Assembly: GCA_012295275.1 (NCBI GenBank)
Contig: CM022670.1
Location: 21,452,001 to 21,516,000, forward strand
Source of the DNA: Chrysomallon squamiferum
Taxonomy: Eukaryota > Animalia > Mollusca
Reading direction: 5' to 3'
Length of the DNA stretch: 64,000 nucleotides
Positions within the stretch are counted from its first letter, which is position 1. The number at the start of each line of letters is the position of its first letter. Made by a program: the position numbers and the translations under genes. The notes under the pieces are model-generated. The model had not been told where the DNA came from and ran no database searches. It worked only from the letters and a program-made list of their open reading frames with translations. Shown piece by piece: positions 28,268 through 41,750 of the stretch.

Positions 28268-31200
28268 AATGGTCAATACTAATATAAAAATTAAATAGCT
28301 AAAATTAAAACACAGTGTAAAAAGTTTTGCAAAAATTCAAATATCACAGATACATTAAATCTGACAATAAAAATTAGTATCACATAGTAACCAATATACA
28401 AGTTGCGCATGGAATCTAAATAATTCCATCACATTTCTTTGACTAAATAGATCTTTTCTTGTTTCTTTGAGATGATTGCACATTACCGAAATGTAGCTTA
28501 CCATCAGAGTACATTGACAGTGGTCCCACTGAGGCGGTAGAGCTTTCTTCGATATACATTACTATGTCAAGTAACTAAGTAACTAACTATATGAACACAA
28601 CACAGGACCATTTCATTGTTCATACAGGACTAGCCGCTATCCCAAATAACATTTGATAACACAAAGTTGTTCACAACTGCACCAAACCAATCATGTTGCC
28701 AAAGACAAACTACATTTAAAATCAGTAAAATTTAAAACCAATCCTGGCATGACGGCCATGATTAAAATCCCAGCCAGTTTTGGCATTTTATTTTTCAGTG
28801 TCTTCCATGGCAATGTATTAAAATACAGACTTTGTTATCACCATCCCAATTAATGGAAAATGCACATTTGTATTTTGTGAATAGTGTCAGATACTCATGT
28901 TTCAAATACATCAGTAAAATAAAAATTAATAGAACAAATTACTGAACTATGCTTGATGTGGTTATCAAGATTAAACTTTTTCTTATTTTTATTTTTTTAA
29001 TTTCTGATAAATATATTCATATTTTCGTTATCTCTTTTATCCAGATATAGGTAATATGTTTCAAAAATTACCTACTCAATTAATCAGACTACTGACTTAT
29101 GTTAGTATTAGCGCTAATATTATATGTATGTTATACAGTATGTACATACGCATACTCCTGTGCATACATTCACACAGTTCTTGTTTGTTGTTGGTGGTGG
29201 TTTGGTGGTGTTTCTTCTTGTTTTGTTTTTTTTAATTTAACATTTTTATATTATTTTATTACTTATTAATTACTTTCGAAACAAACAAACAAAATGAAAA
29301 CAACCCGTTCATATATATCATGATCGTTCAAAGAAACTTCCGAAATTTTTGTTCCGTCTGTAATCCAGTGACTGAATATGAAGTTGCTATGGCGAAACAA
29401 AATTTAAACAAGTTACAGTAACAGAGGAGTTCGTTAGCGTTTTCTGTAATCACAGGCACATCCAATGGAAAGTAAACTGGAAGGTACTGAGCTGTGGAAA
29501 ATTAGTTTTTTTCCGCGATTCTTAATAATAAGTCAGAGCTACATGACTTGAAACTTACAGTTCGTACCGTACGTGTTGCATTTATTGAAATCAATATTCA
29601 CGAAGTTTTATTAGTACCTTTAGTTCCGTTGCACCGGACATGTGATGTCATGCTTCTATTTTCAGTTACATTTGCCTTGGGGAAACACCAAAGGGAAAAC
29701 CTTTGTGGGACTTTAAGGTTTCTAATCATATTAATTATTAATAACTTGAAATCATGAATAGGTATGTATTTTGATTTATAAATTAAATAGTTATATTTTA
29801 TAATTAGTCACTTTAATTTTATGAATGAATGAATGTTTAATGCGATCTCAGGCTCTAAAAATATATCGGCTGTTGGACGGGCGCTCGGTACCTTTTTGTT
29901 TTTCTTACAGCAATGTGGGTGAATTCTCAACCTCAAAATCGTACTCTAATTTATTATTTGTTTTAAAGGAGAATGAGATCAAATTTCTGTTTATTTTGTT
30001 ACGGGAATTTCTTTAAAAGACGTAACTGAAAAATTTGAAAATAAAGCGAAACAGGGAAATAACCAAAAAATGACAATTGAATAGTAGAAACAAAATCGTG
30101 TATCATTATTATCAGACTCAGGTGTTTTGATTACTTAGTCAGGGATATTTTTTCTGGCAATAACGTTACAGAAAATCGGGACTTTCTCGAAGATGACGAT
30201 TTACGCATTTCGATGACTTAAACGCATACGACTTAGGCGAGATTTTTACTGTAATAGAAAAAATTCTTATTCACGAACCACAACTCTTACTTAGGAATGA
30301 TCTCATGTTCATCTGCCAACTGAAACAGGCCTAAAATGTAATATTTAACTCAGTAAGTCTGTCTCTATTAGGTCTTCATAAAAATAAATACAACAAAAAA
30401 GAACAACAAAACTTTATTGAATGGATAAGGCAAATTTGATAAACATATCTCTTTAAATTGGTTTTTGGTGACTTAAGGTTGACTTTAAAAAAAACCACAC
30501 ACATATCAAAACGCTAATATACAGAAAATGGATTTTTGAAAATGTTAAAATGCAATATCTTTTTCACTGTTAATAATATCTTCAAAAAGTTTTTCTGTTT
30601 TTACATTTGAAATTGGACTTCATTTAAAATTTGTTTTAAAAATGCATTAGCATTACTACTAAAAGACAAAACTGAATGGTCAATACTAATATAAAAATTA
30701 AATAGCTATAATTAAAACACAGTGTAAACAATTGTGCACAAATAATTCCATCACATTTCTTTGACTAAATAGATCTTTTCTAGTTTCTTTGAGATGATTG
30801 CACATTACCGAAATGTAGCTTACCATCAGAGTACATTGACAGTGCTCACATTGAGGTGGTAGAGCTTTCTTTGATATACATTACTATGTCAAGTAACTAA
30901 CTATATGGCCAATGTGAACACAACACAGGACCATTTCATTCTTCATACAGGACTAGCCACTATCCCAAATAACATTTGATAACACAAAGTTGTTCACAAC
31001 TGCACCAAGCCAACCATGTTCCAAAAACAAACTACATTTAAAATCAGTAAAATTTAAAACCAATCCTGGCATGATGGCCATGATTAAAATCCCAGCCAGT
31101 TTTATCGTCTTCTTTTTCAGTGTCTTCCATGGCAATGTATTAAAATACAGACTTTGTTATCACCATCCCAATTAAAGGAACATGCACATTTGTATTTTGT

Positions 31201-32740
31201 GAAGCTTGGAGGTATAAAAATGAGTCACTAAAAATAATAAATCTGATACAGTTGAATCACTTTGTTTCTCTGGTAAATTCTCTAAAAGAGTCTAAACACT
31301 GAAGATTTAGATAGTATTGTGCATTTTGTAAACATGTATTACTTATTCATTCTGAATGCTAGCTTTAGAAACAAATGCAAATATTATTAAGTAGTATTTG
31401 TTATTTACATGCTCATCTCATTTTTGTATATATGTTACCTCCTGTATGCAAAGAAATGAGCCCTGTAATGGATTTGACATGAATAGTGTCAGATACTCAT
31501 GTTTCAAATACATCAGTGAAAAAAAAATTAATAGAACAAATTACTGAACTATCCTTGATGTGGTTATCAAGATTAAACTTTTTCTTATTTTTTTTTTTTA
31601 ATTTCTGATAAATATATTCATATTTTCGTTATCTCTTTTATCCAAATATAGGTTATATGTTTTAAAAATTACCTACTCAGTTAATCAGACTACTGACTTA
31701 TGTTAGTATTTGCGCTAATATTATATGTATGTTATACAGTATGTACATACGCATACTCCTGTGCATACATTCACACAGTTCTTGTTTGTTGTTGGTGTTT
31801 GTTTGGTGGTGTTTTTTCTTGTTTTTTTTTTTTTTTTAATTTAACATTTTTATATTATTTTATTGCTTATTAATTACTTTCGAAACAAACAAACAAAATG
31901 AAAACAACCCGTTTATATATATCGTGATCGTTCAAAGAAACTTCCGAAATTTTTTATCTGTCTATAATCCAGTGACTGAATATGAAGTTGCTATGGCAAA
32001 ACAAAACTTACATGTTTATGATGTTACAGTAACAACAGACATATCCAACTGAAAGTAAACTGGAAGGTACTGAGCTGTGGAAACTATTATTTTTTTTTTT
32101 TTTGTCGCGATTCTTAATAATAAGTCAGAGCTATATGACTTGACACTTACAGTTCGTACCGTATGTGTTGCCATTATTGAAATCAATATTCACGAAGATT
32201 TATTAGCACCTTTAGTTCTGTGCACCGGACGTGATGTCATGCTTCTATTTTCAGTTACATTTGGGGAAACACCAAAGGGAAAACCTTTGTGGGACTTTAA
32301 GGTTTCTAATCATATTAATCATTAATAACTTGAAATCATGAATAGGTATGTATTTTGATTTATAAATTAAATAGTTATATTTTATAATTAGTCACTTTAA
32401 TTTAATGAATGAATGAATGAATGTTTAATGCGATCTCAGGCTCTAAAAATACATCGGCTGTTGGACGGGATCTCCTATGTCTTTTTTTCTTTTCTTACAG
32501 CAATGTGGGTGAATTCTCATCCTCAAAATCTTACGCTAATTTACTATTTGTTTTAAAGGAGAATAAGATCAAATTTCAGTTTATTTTGTTACGGGAATTT
32601 CTATAAAAGACATAACTGAAAATTCGAAAATAAAGCGAAACAAGGAATAAGCAAAACTGACAACTGAATATTAGAAACAAAATCGTATATCATTACTATC
32701 AGACTCAGGTGTTTTGACACGACTTAGTCACGAATATTTT
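28268..32740. repeat. Local segmental duplication of about 2 kb (copy A about 28268-30150, copy B about 30676-32740)
   Basis: Colinear, highly similar sequence throughout; the ORF pairs 28653/30990, 29548/32077 and 29825/32421 give paralogous translations. Copy B has an extra block at about 31200-31480 whose start recurs at about 32750-32840. Confidence 0.92.
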
Positions 32741-35700
32741 ATTAGAAATTAAGGGAAAATACACCTTTGTATTTTGTGAATCTTGGAGGCATGAAAATGA
32801 GTCAGTAAAAATACTAAATCTGATACAGTTGAATCATTTTTTTCTTCTAAGGCTTTCTGCTGAGAAAGCTTAGCATGTCTAGCACTCAAATACGATTCGT
32901 GTACATCAACATAAAGCTCTCCATGACAACTGCAATCAAATTTTTTCTGGCAGATATGCACACAAACCAGTTTTGCCCTTTAGAATCTAAATCCATTGTC
33001 AGTTCTCCATCTATGAAGTTTTACCAAACTCATGTTCGTTGTTATTCTACTGGATGATTTATAGGAAATCTGAAAATGATCAGTTTATAAGCATTCAACA
33101 CCAGGTGTTAAACAATGGAAAGAAAACAAAGTTACAAACAGGATACTATCTGAAGGCACAGCCAACTGTTGTGGATGAATTTTGGACGAAGTCAAAACAA
33201 CCTGAATTTAACAAGGTCTGCCATTTGAGAACTGAGAAATAAATCCAAGAAGTATACCTCATTAAAAAACCCATACTAGCATATCACGTCATAAGTTTTT
33301 TTCCAAATCAGTCCACAAAATGCTCATTTTTCTCTAGTCAAAAGGAAAAACAAAAGTTTTATTAGATGTTTTCTTACTCTCTCTTTACTTGGACGAATAC
33401 TTGTGTAGCATTAAAGAAAGAAATCATCTTGATGACCCTAGCTACTGGCCTTAAAGCAATAAATACAAATATCAAAATGGCATGTAAACATTGTTCTTGT
33501 CGATATTAACAAAATAAAGGTGATTTGCTCTTGAGCTTGTTCATAGCCAGCCAGTTGATCATATTGGGCCTCCCAGCCTGAAATTTCATTGTGTTGAAAC
33601 ATTTTTGTTTCTTATGAGATATACCAAGTCTACTATGCCAAACACTGAATTATTACTGCAAACAATGTCAAAAAAAAGCTATCATTGCCTGTGCACACAC
33701 GAATGTTGTGTGAGGTACAAATTAACTGAACTCATCATAGGCGATCTGTCAACAAACAAGTTGTTCATCTTTTAGTATGTGCTGCCTGTGATCAGTGAAC
33801 ACATGTTGTGTACATACTACATGTAACGTTTTTTATGGTAAACATCATTTGTGCCATAAAATATTAAAAACATTTTATTCATTCCAGGACCAAGCCTTGG
33901 TAAAACATTCCAGATTTGTAACTGGGTGGATCCTTTGACAACATAACAATAATTTAATTACAACAAAATTTGTTCTGGTTTCATCTTTTGTGTTGTTATG
34001 ATAGTTTTTAGGATGCAACATATTTTTAAAGTGCAATTTAAAAGAAAAAAAAAAGGAGAGAGAGTAAGAAATTAACAAAAATCAGTTATGGGCCATTCAA
34101 AAATTGTACAGATGAGTCAAAATATGAGTGTCCTGACTGGCCAGTCAAAAAACAAACAAACAATTTTTTTTTCAAGTGTGCATCTTCATGATATATATTA
34201 ACATAAATGCACCTTTGTACAAATACACACACACAAAAACACTACACATACACACATACACACACACACACACACACACAGGTAGATATACACATATATA
34301 CAGATTGATTTTTGCCTATTATTATAGTTAAGTACAAAATAATAAAGCATCATGTTTCTGTTTCAGTTACCACGCTCTGAAACATCTAATATTCTGGATG
34401 TCATTCGTAAGTATATAAAATTAAAACAAACCCATGACTATTAAATAAGAATTAAAATTTTACTTACATATTTCTTTTGTAATAGTAAAAGGTATATATA
34501 CATATATGATGTGTTATTATGTGTGTTCAGTAGTGTAAACAAATAGCTATACTTCTGTAAGTTTCATTTTGTCTTCAGCTTTTATCTTTTATTTGTGAGA
34601 AGATTTTAAGCAAAATATGAGTCTTACATTAGTTACTACATGTCATACAATTGTTTTTTAGATTTTAATGACAGTAGCAGAAGCTGATTCACATAAACCT
34701 TTGTGAGTTTGATTTTAATAATTATAAACATTTGTAAGTTTGATTTTTATAATTATAAACATTTGTAAGTTTGATTTTAATAATTATAAACATTTTAACA
34801 AGACTGTTTTTAAACACATATACTGATATCCATACCGATACATTATATTCATCCAGTTTACATCTGAACATCAACACACTTTCATACTTATACAGTTCAT
34901 ACAGCATGTCATACATCTGAACATCAACACACTTTTGTACCTATACAGCATGTCATACATCTGAACATCAACACACTTTCATACTACTATTCACATACTT
35001 TTATGGATATACAGTGCACATCTGCATATTTACAGTATATTTTGTATCATTCTCTGTATTTGCAGAACATATGAATCGGAAAATCTTTCTGAAAGGCTCA
35101 ACTGTCATTATTGCACAGAGACCTTTTTTAATAAGTAAGTATATTTTAAATACTTCACACAAATGTATTTTTGAAATTATAGGCTTTTATAAAAAAAATT
35201 AATACCTTAGTTAACAAAGAATGAACGAATAAATGAATGCTTAATGGCATCTCCAAAATATTTAATAAACACCTATATGAGTTGTCAAATAGAGGGTTTT
35301 TTCTGTACAGATGTTATGAAAGGGAAAACCTGCTGTTTTCATTCTCTGGATCACTCTTGTTAATTACAAAGAAATATATTACATGATAACACATAGATAA
35401 TAAGAGCAGCTAGAATGAGAAATAACCTGGTGCTATAATTATTACACTGATGTTGAAGTTCAATTTATTTAGTATTTTATTATAAAATATCTCTCTCTCT
35501 CTTTAATTTATCTTTCGTATCTTAAGTCACTGTCTTGTAGTTCATTTATTGTCATATATTATATATATATATATGCATCCATGTATACTTGTTAAAATAA
35601 AAGAATGTAATATTTTCAGTGAAATCTACATAGAAAAACAATGTAAGGATCAAAATCCACTGAATATCCGATCCATAAAAGAAGGCACTGTTGTTTATAA

Positions 35701-36292
35701 ACCATGGTGCAGGGAAGCAAGGAACATTGGCTTTGTTAGAAGTAAGTGGACAAATGTGTTTTAACCCAGTCACAAGCATACACCTCAAATATGACCCACT
35801 CTTTTCAAAATATGTGAAACATGCTATAAATGGTGACTTATTCAGTTTTTCACTTTTATGCAAAAATGTTATTCCTATTCAATTTACAAGATTTCTATCA
35901 CATTCCTTTGTTTTTTATGTTTTTTTTTTATATGAAATGTATTATATTTTTCAATTTTTATTAGTCAGTGGTACACAATGAAATATATATATATATATAT
36001 ATTTTATCTAAATTTATTTTAGATTGCACAAAGCCCAATTTCCCAAACGGCAATCTTTTTTGTCCAAAAGGAAATTTGGTTTACAAAACCTGTTACGTTC
36101 AATGTACTGATGGATATGCTGCTGAATCTCCTGAAGTAGAATGCTTGGAAAATGGAAATTTCAGAGGTCACATTCAGTGTGTGCCTAAAGGTGAATAATC
36201 TATAAATTTAAAGTGCTTTGAAATTATTGTTTCTATTAACTATTTTAGCAAGACGATTAGATGATTCTAATTTTTTTTTAAATTTATTTGTA

Positions 36293-36343
<51 letters not shown>

Positions 36344-39300
36344 ATTATTATTATTATTATTATTATTATTTCAGAAACTTCAGAAATGCCTAGTAAAGGA
36401 TCAGAATCTGATGTGGAGATGAATAATCACTTAAATGCAACTACAAATGAGGCTCATGAAGCAGCACGTGCAGGTAAAATCTTAAATTTAATTTTCTGAT
36501 ATGAATTTAGTGGATAAAATTTGAAAGTTACTCTCAGTGCATCTTCACATAGTTTTACAGGGTATCGTCTACATTGTTAGATTTTTATCACCATAGGTTT
36601 TTAACTCACTTTTATGAAAGTCTACAGTATTTTGCTACACACTCGTACATATATTATAAAATAATTCTGGGAGTCAGTTGTAAACATTTTTTCTTTCTAT
36701 TATAATACTTGTTTTGGTTCCTGCTTGTAAAAATGAGAGCGAGAGAAAAAAAAAGAAGAAGAAAATAAATCAAACTAACACAACTGAGGTTTACTTTTTT
36801 GTTTATTGATTTATTTTATTTTATTTTTTTTTTGGTTTTACGTTTCTTCCCAAAAAATTTAATGGAAGTCAGACATTTAATCTGTGTAAAACTGTAGGCT
36901 GAAAATATATTTTTAACAGGTTTGTAACACATCTCAGATTAAGTTATAACTTTATAATGTTTGACAGTTTAGGAAAATGCAGCTATCAGCAGTCAGCCAT
37001 TTGCTTGGATCTCAGTATGACTTGGTATTCCTCTAGCTTAGCACTTACAGTACAACAAATAAAGATAGGTAATTAAATGCAACACATTGATTAAGAGCAT
37101 TAATAGATGTTTCATATCAGCTTTCTCATGAAGAGTTTATAGTTTGATAAACAAGGTAAGAGGCAATGGCTGTAATGGGAAATACCTCAGTGAGTCATCT
37201 AATGAGAGTGGATTCTTAAACCTGTCAGGTTTGGTGCTTCAGAGTGTTGAACTGCATGTTGTTGACTTTAGGATGATTTGAGAACTTCTGATGCTGAAAT
37301 CTGAGGGCAGAAACTAGTGATCATTAACATTTAAATATAGCTGCATGCACACAAAGTTCAAGGAATTAAACATATTTCTGGATAATCTGATGGTGAAAAT
37401 TATTCATATTTCATGAATGTATTTGCTTGGGCCATGAAGAGCAAACCAGATGGTATTTTTTTATGTCAAGTAGCAATTTATTAAAAAAAAGAAGAGAGAA
37501 TATCTCTTCATCTTATGTGGAAGGCATGCTTATTACTTCAAACATATCTACAACTTAGCTGTTCAAAGAGATTAGTAATTAAAACACTTGAGTATGACTG
37601 GAATAAATGTCCCTCAGTTTAAATTACACACTTGCAATTATTAAACACCAGGATACATTTCAAGAGAATCTTATGAAGTTATGAAGACAACAAAAGAGTT
37701 CTGATCCCTAAAGAAGATTATTGCAAAATTATCATTAAACTGCTGAAAATTCTCACCAGTGTTGTCTTCTTAAGAAGTTTGACAGTCTTCAGTGCAGAGG
37801 CAGTGCAAGCTATCTCCTACTTGGTGCTCCTTCCATGCTGACAATTTACAGAACATGTACTCACTGAAAGTAATTAGGCCAGAGTTACTTATGGTCCCTG
37901 GGAAACCTAGGCATCCACAGAGCCAAAGGTCTGTGATACTGAGTAAATGCTTGTGTGTACATTAGAAGATAGTAATACAACTGAGTAGACTGTTGAAATC
38001 AAATCTATTCAGCTTCAGAGGATCTATTGGGTTCTGGTGCATGCACTGACTTCTTTCTGAAATTCTGCATCAGAGAATGGTATACATTGTAGTGCCAGTT
38101 CTTAATTAAGATATTGATCATGTCAATGAATGTGGTAACAGTGACATATAGAGTACTGCAGAAAGATGACATTCTCAGTGGTAAATACTGATGCAACCAA
38201 ACTGTATTCTTCAAATGACTTTCACAGTTATTCAACTTAATCTAACTGTGCAGGTTTTACCAAATACAACTGTTCATGTTCCAAGTGAACTAATCATTGC
38301 TGGTGTTTCAAAGCGAAGACACAGTGCAACTCTAGGTGTCACTCAGCACTGCCATGTACAAGAACTCTCTCCCAAATGCAGATCATATCTTCCTGATAAT
38401 TAACACTAAACAAGACACTATATATGTATGTGCTGTGCTTCTGTTTTAAAATGTTGTTTCATTAAAAATGTATTTTAATTTAGAAACATTGGTGTTGTCA
38501 TTTACACTGGATTTCAGGAACATCTACATATTTCTTGTAACACTTACATATAATCTGTTTACACTCATTTAATTTTTTAATTTGTTATTTCTTTTTATAT
38601 CTAATTTCTTTTTTTTTTTTTTTTTTTTTTTTTAGATAGTTCTTCAGGTTCAGATAAAACAAAGATTGTCATTGGGTGTGTTTTTACAGTTCTTGCTGTT
38701 TGTGTTTTGGCTGCTATCATTTGGTACAAGAAAAGGAACAAGAATCTAAATTCTGGTAAGTGAAAAACATACATTAAAAATATGTACTGAAGGTAAAATG
38801 TTGTAATTATATTTTTATATTGATAATATTCAGTGTTTTAAAAAAGTGGTTTTAAACAAGAATACTGGATTGTTAATATTTTCACAGTTGTTTTGTTCAT
38901 TGGTTAATTCAGAGACCTAGATAAAAGTTGCTGTACAACATATCAAAAGCATAAACATTACTTATTATTTTATGATTCTAATCAGTTTTTGTTTTCACGT
39001 ACTCACACAGAATGCAATGTAGGTGTTTGTGTGTGTGTGTGGGGGGGGGTCTTTAATGTATCCTTATTATCTTAAGTCACTGTTCTGTTACAATTTTTTA
39101 GAAAGCATATCACCATTTGAATCCACTTCAACATTATCAGCCTCATCATTATCAGCACATTCTGCAGAAGACAAACCACCGTTACTGCAAGGTGTTGGGT
39201 CAGAAGATGAAGATAAGCAGGAACTAATGACCAAAGTGGAGATCCCAGAAACAGCTTTCCCCGAACTAACTAGTGATCAGCTTCATTCACAGCCTTTGCT

Positions 39301-41714
39301 GCAGAGATTTCAGGTACGAATGATTGAGAGATAAATGAACGAAAACAATAATCGAAGAATGGAAGATGACTGGATGGATGGATGAATGTACAAATCAACC
39401 AATATCTGAATAAATAATATTTGCTGAACAAGATCTCGTTTTAACAATTTTTAAAATATATTAAATATATGTATCTTTTTCTCATCACTTAGCTGCAGTG
39501 GGTATTCTATATATGCGTTCCCATAGAGAGGGAAAACATTAATTATGTCCTATGATAAGCGAGTAACTGGTCGCTGGCTGGAACTGGAAATAGTCTAATA
39601 GTGAACAGAAATGTAACAATGATAATGAATTACAGTTATAGATTTGTTTGCAGCAGGAAAGTGGACAAGGGAGTCGGCAGGCGGCTGAAGGACGTTCAGA
39701 AGTTGCTTGTTTTAATGAGGAATGTCCACCACCACCACCGTACACAGCATTTGTTCATTTTCCAAGCCTGGATAGCTGTGTGACAGACAATGTCAACCAG
39801 GAACCATTCGGAACATGTATGTTGTGTATAATTGTATGTGTTGTTTATGTGAGCAGAGTAAAATACTCCAGTATAATTCTAGAAAAATAAACACGTTAAT
39901 TTGAATTGCTATTAAGCATTTTTCACTCCATGCTATTACTGACTGCACATAAACTAGACTCTATAAAGTTGTTTTGACCAAATTATGACATTATAACAAT
40001 TAAGACTATGGCATAATAATAAACTGTTCAGACTTTGTTATGACATTGTTAACAGTTTAGATTGTATTATGTCATTATTAACAGTTTTGGTTAAATTATT
40101 AATAATTTAGACTGTGTTATATCTTTAGTTAACATTATTTAGTTAACATAATTACTGTATTGCTTATTATTTTTCAATTTAATTATTTTAGTTTCTTTCT
40201 CAATTTATTTTATACAGGTTTTTATTTTTTATATTATTTATTTATTTATGTATTTATTTATTTGTGTACTTATTTATTTATATATTATTTAATTTTCAAT
40301 TACAGCTGCTTGTGATGAGACAGATCCAAAAACGCGTTATGAAGTTCCTGGTGAAGGTAAATAAGTTACTCCTTTTTATTTTAGTGATGTTCAGAAAAAT
40401 CTCCTAAGGAGCTTTTGAATGTGAAAATACCCTGCTAGAACAGATATCTGATCCAAAGGTGGCCCAAATCAGCCATCATCTGGCAAAACAACTGGCTTGC
40501 AAGTGGAATGCCAGTTCTCAGCCAGTTCTGGTATCACATCTGGAAAGAACAATCAAGAGCTGGCAACATCTGGCAAATCTTTTGGTATGGCAGGCTGAGT
40601 CACTTCAAACCTTGGAATATGTCCACCATAATTATTTTGCATTAATTTTTCAAATCAAGGATAGGAATCATCAGGAGGAGTTAAAAAAAAAAAAATTATT
40701 TCAAAATTACAAAATGTTATTTCAGTTTTACATGTAAAAATTCTTTTTGGCCTTGCAACATTTGATCTTGATCAAAACAACATTATAGGATCAAACTAAG
40801 AAAATAAATTTCAGAAATTTGATAGGAAGTGGAGCAGCATTATAACCAGCTTCAGTATATATTGTGACCACAGAATGGTATGAAGCTCAACAAACAGGGA
40901 TGAATCTGTATCATAAAATCACTAGCATAACCGATACTTTTCACCTTTTTTTCCCGATTTGTCAAGTAATGTAAAACCTTTTACCGAAAGATCACAGTGC
41001 CTTGGCTCTGTAGTTAAGTGCAGATGTATGATCATGTAAAAAAAAAATATATATATATAAATAATAATTAGTATTATAATGTATATTCAAATACACAGGG
41101 TATATTCAGTCATCCACAGCATTTAAAATAAAACATCCACATGTCAGTGACATTATACAGTAAATAATAAAATCAAACTATATAATTCTGATGCATAAAA
41201 TGTCCTTATTATATATTAATCCATTGTTTACAGAAACATGGATGCCTTTGATTTTATCAGATTCTGTGAGAAATCTAATAGTTACTAATTGTGCGGATTA
41301 AGATGGAGCAAAAGAAGGTCTGCAGAATGTACATTTTAAAATGAAGCAGATTCCCAGGCCAATCTAAATTTGTGCAGAACCCCCTCCCCAAAAAAGATAA
41401 TTTTAATATACACAGTGTAAATAAAAACTTTTTATTCCATGTTTACACAGTGAAATAAGATGTGAATTTAATGTTTTTAAGATTCTGCAGAATGGGATGT
41501 TAATGTTAGTGTTATCACTGTGGCAAGACCAACATGGGCCAGGTCTGTACCAATGTTGGCATTGTCTGACCGTTGAGAGAAAAAAAGTTAAATTTTGGTA
41601 CTACATGATAATGTTGAACTTGGCCCACAGCTGGCCTAGATCATACCAGGTCATACCAGATGATTGCCAGCCCTGAGCCAGATTTAGAGGTTAGCTTGAC
41701 TATATGTATATATT

Positions 41715-41750
<36 letters not shown>

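Noticed and set aside
28653-32606. Pairs of similar short ORFs suggesting a small gene family
   Set aside because: The similarity comes from the DNA duplication. Frames are broken by indels between copies, starts are mostly non-ATG and no domain is recognisable.
32850-33300. GC-richer stretch with short ORFs in receptor intron 1
   Set aside because: Possibly a decayed transposon, but I recognised no diagnostic motif.
34860-34985. Three spaced copies of catctgaacatcaacacacttt, superficially CRISPR-like
   Set aside because: This is a eukaryotic intron, the spacers resemble each other and there are no cas genes, so it is an ordinary minisatellite.
36960-38400. Possible decayed LINE on the minus strand (an NNMQFN-like peptide near 37260)
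   Set aside because: Only isolated hints, and the spacing to other putative RT motifs does not fit. It needs RepeatMasker or tBLASTx.
40815-40877. Exon-like segment (ttcag|...ATG|gtatga) in the receptor gene
   Set aside because: It is open only in phase 0, while the flanking exons need phase 1, which gives an immediate stop.
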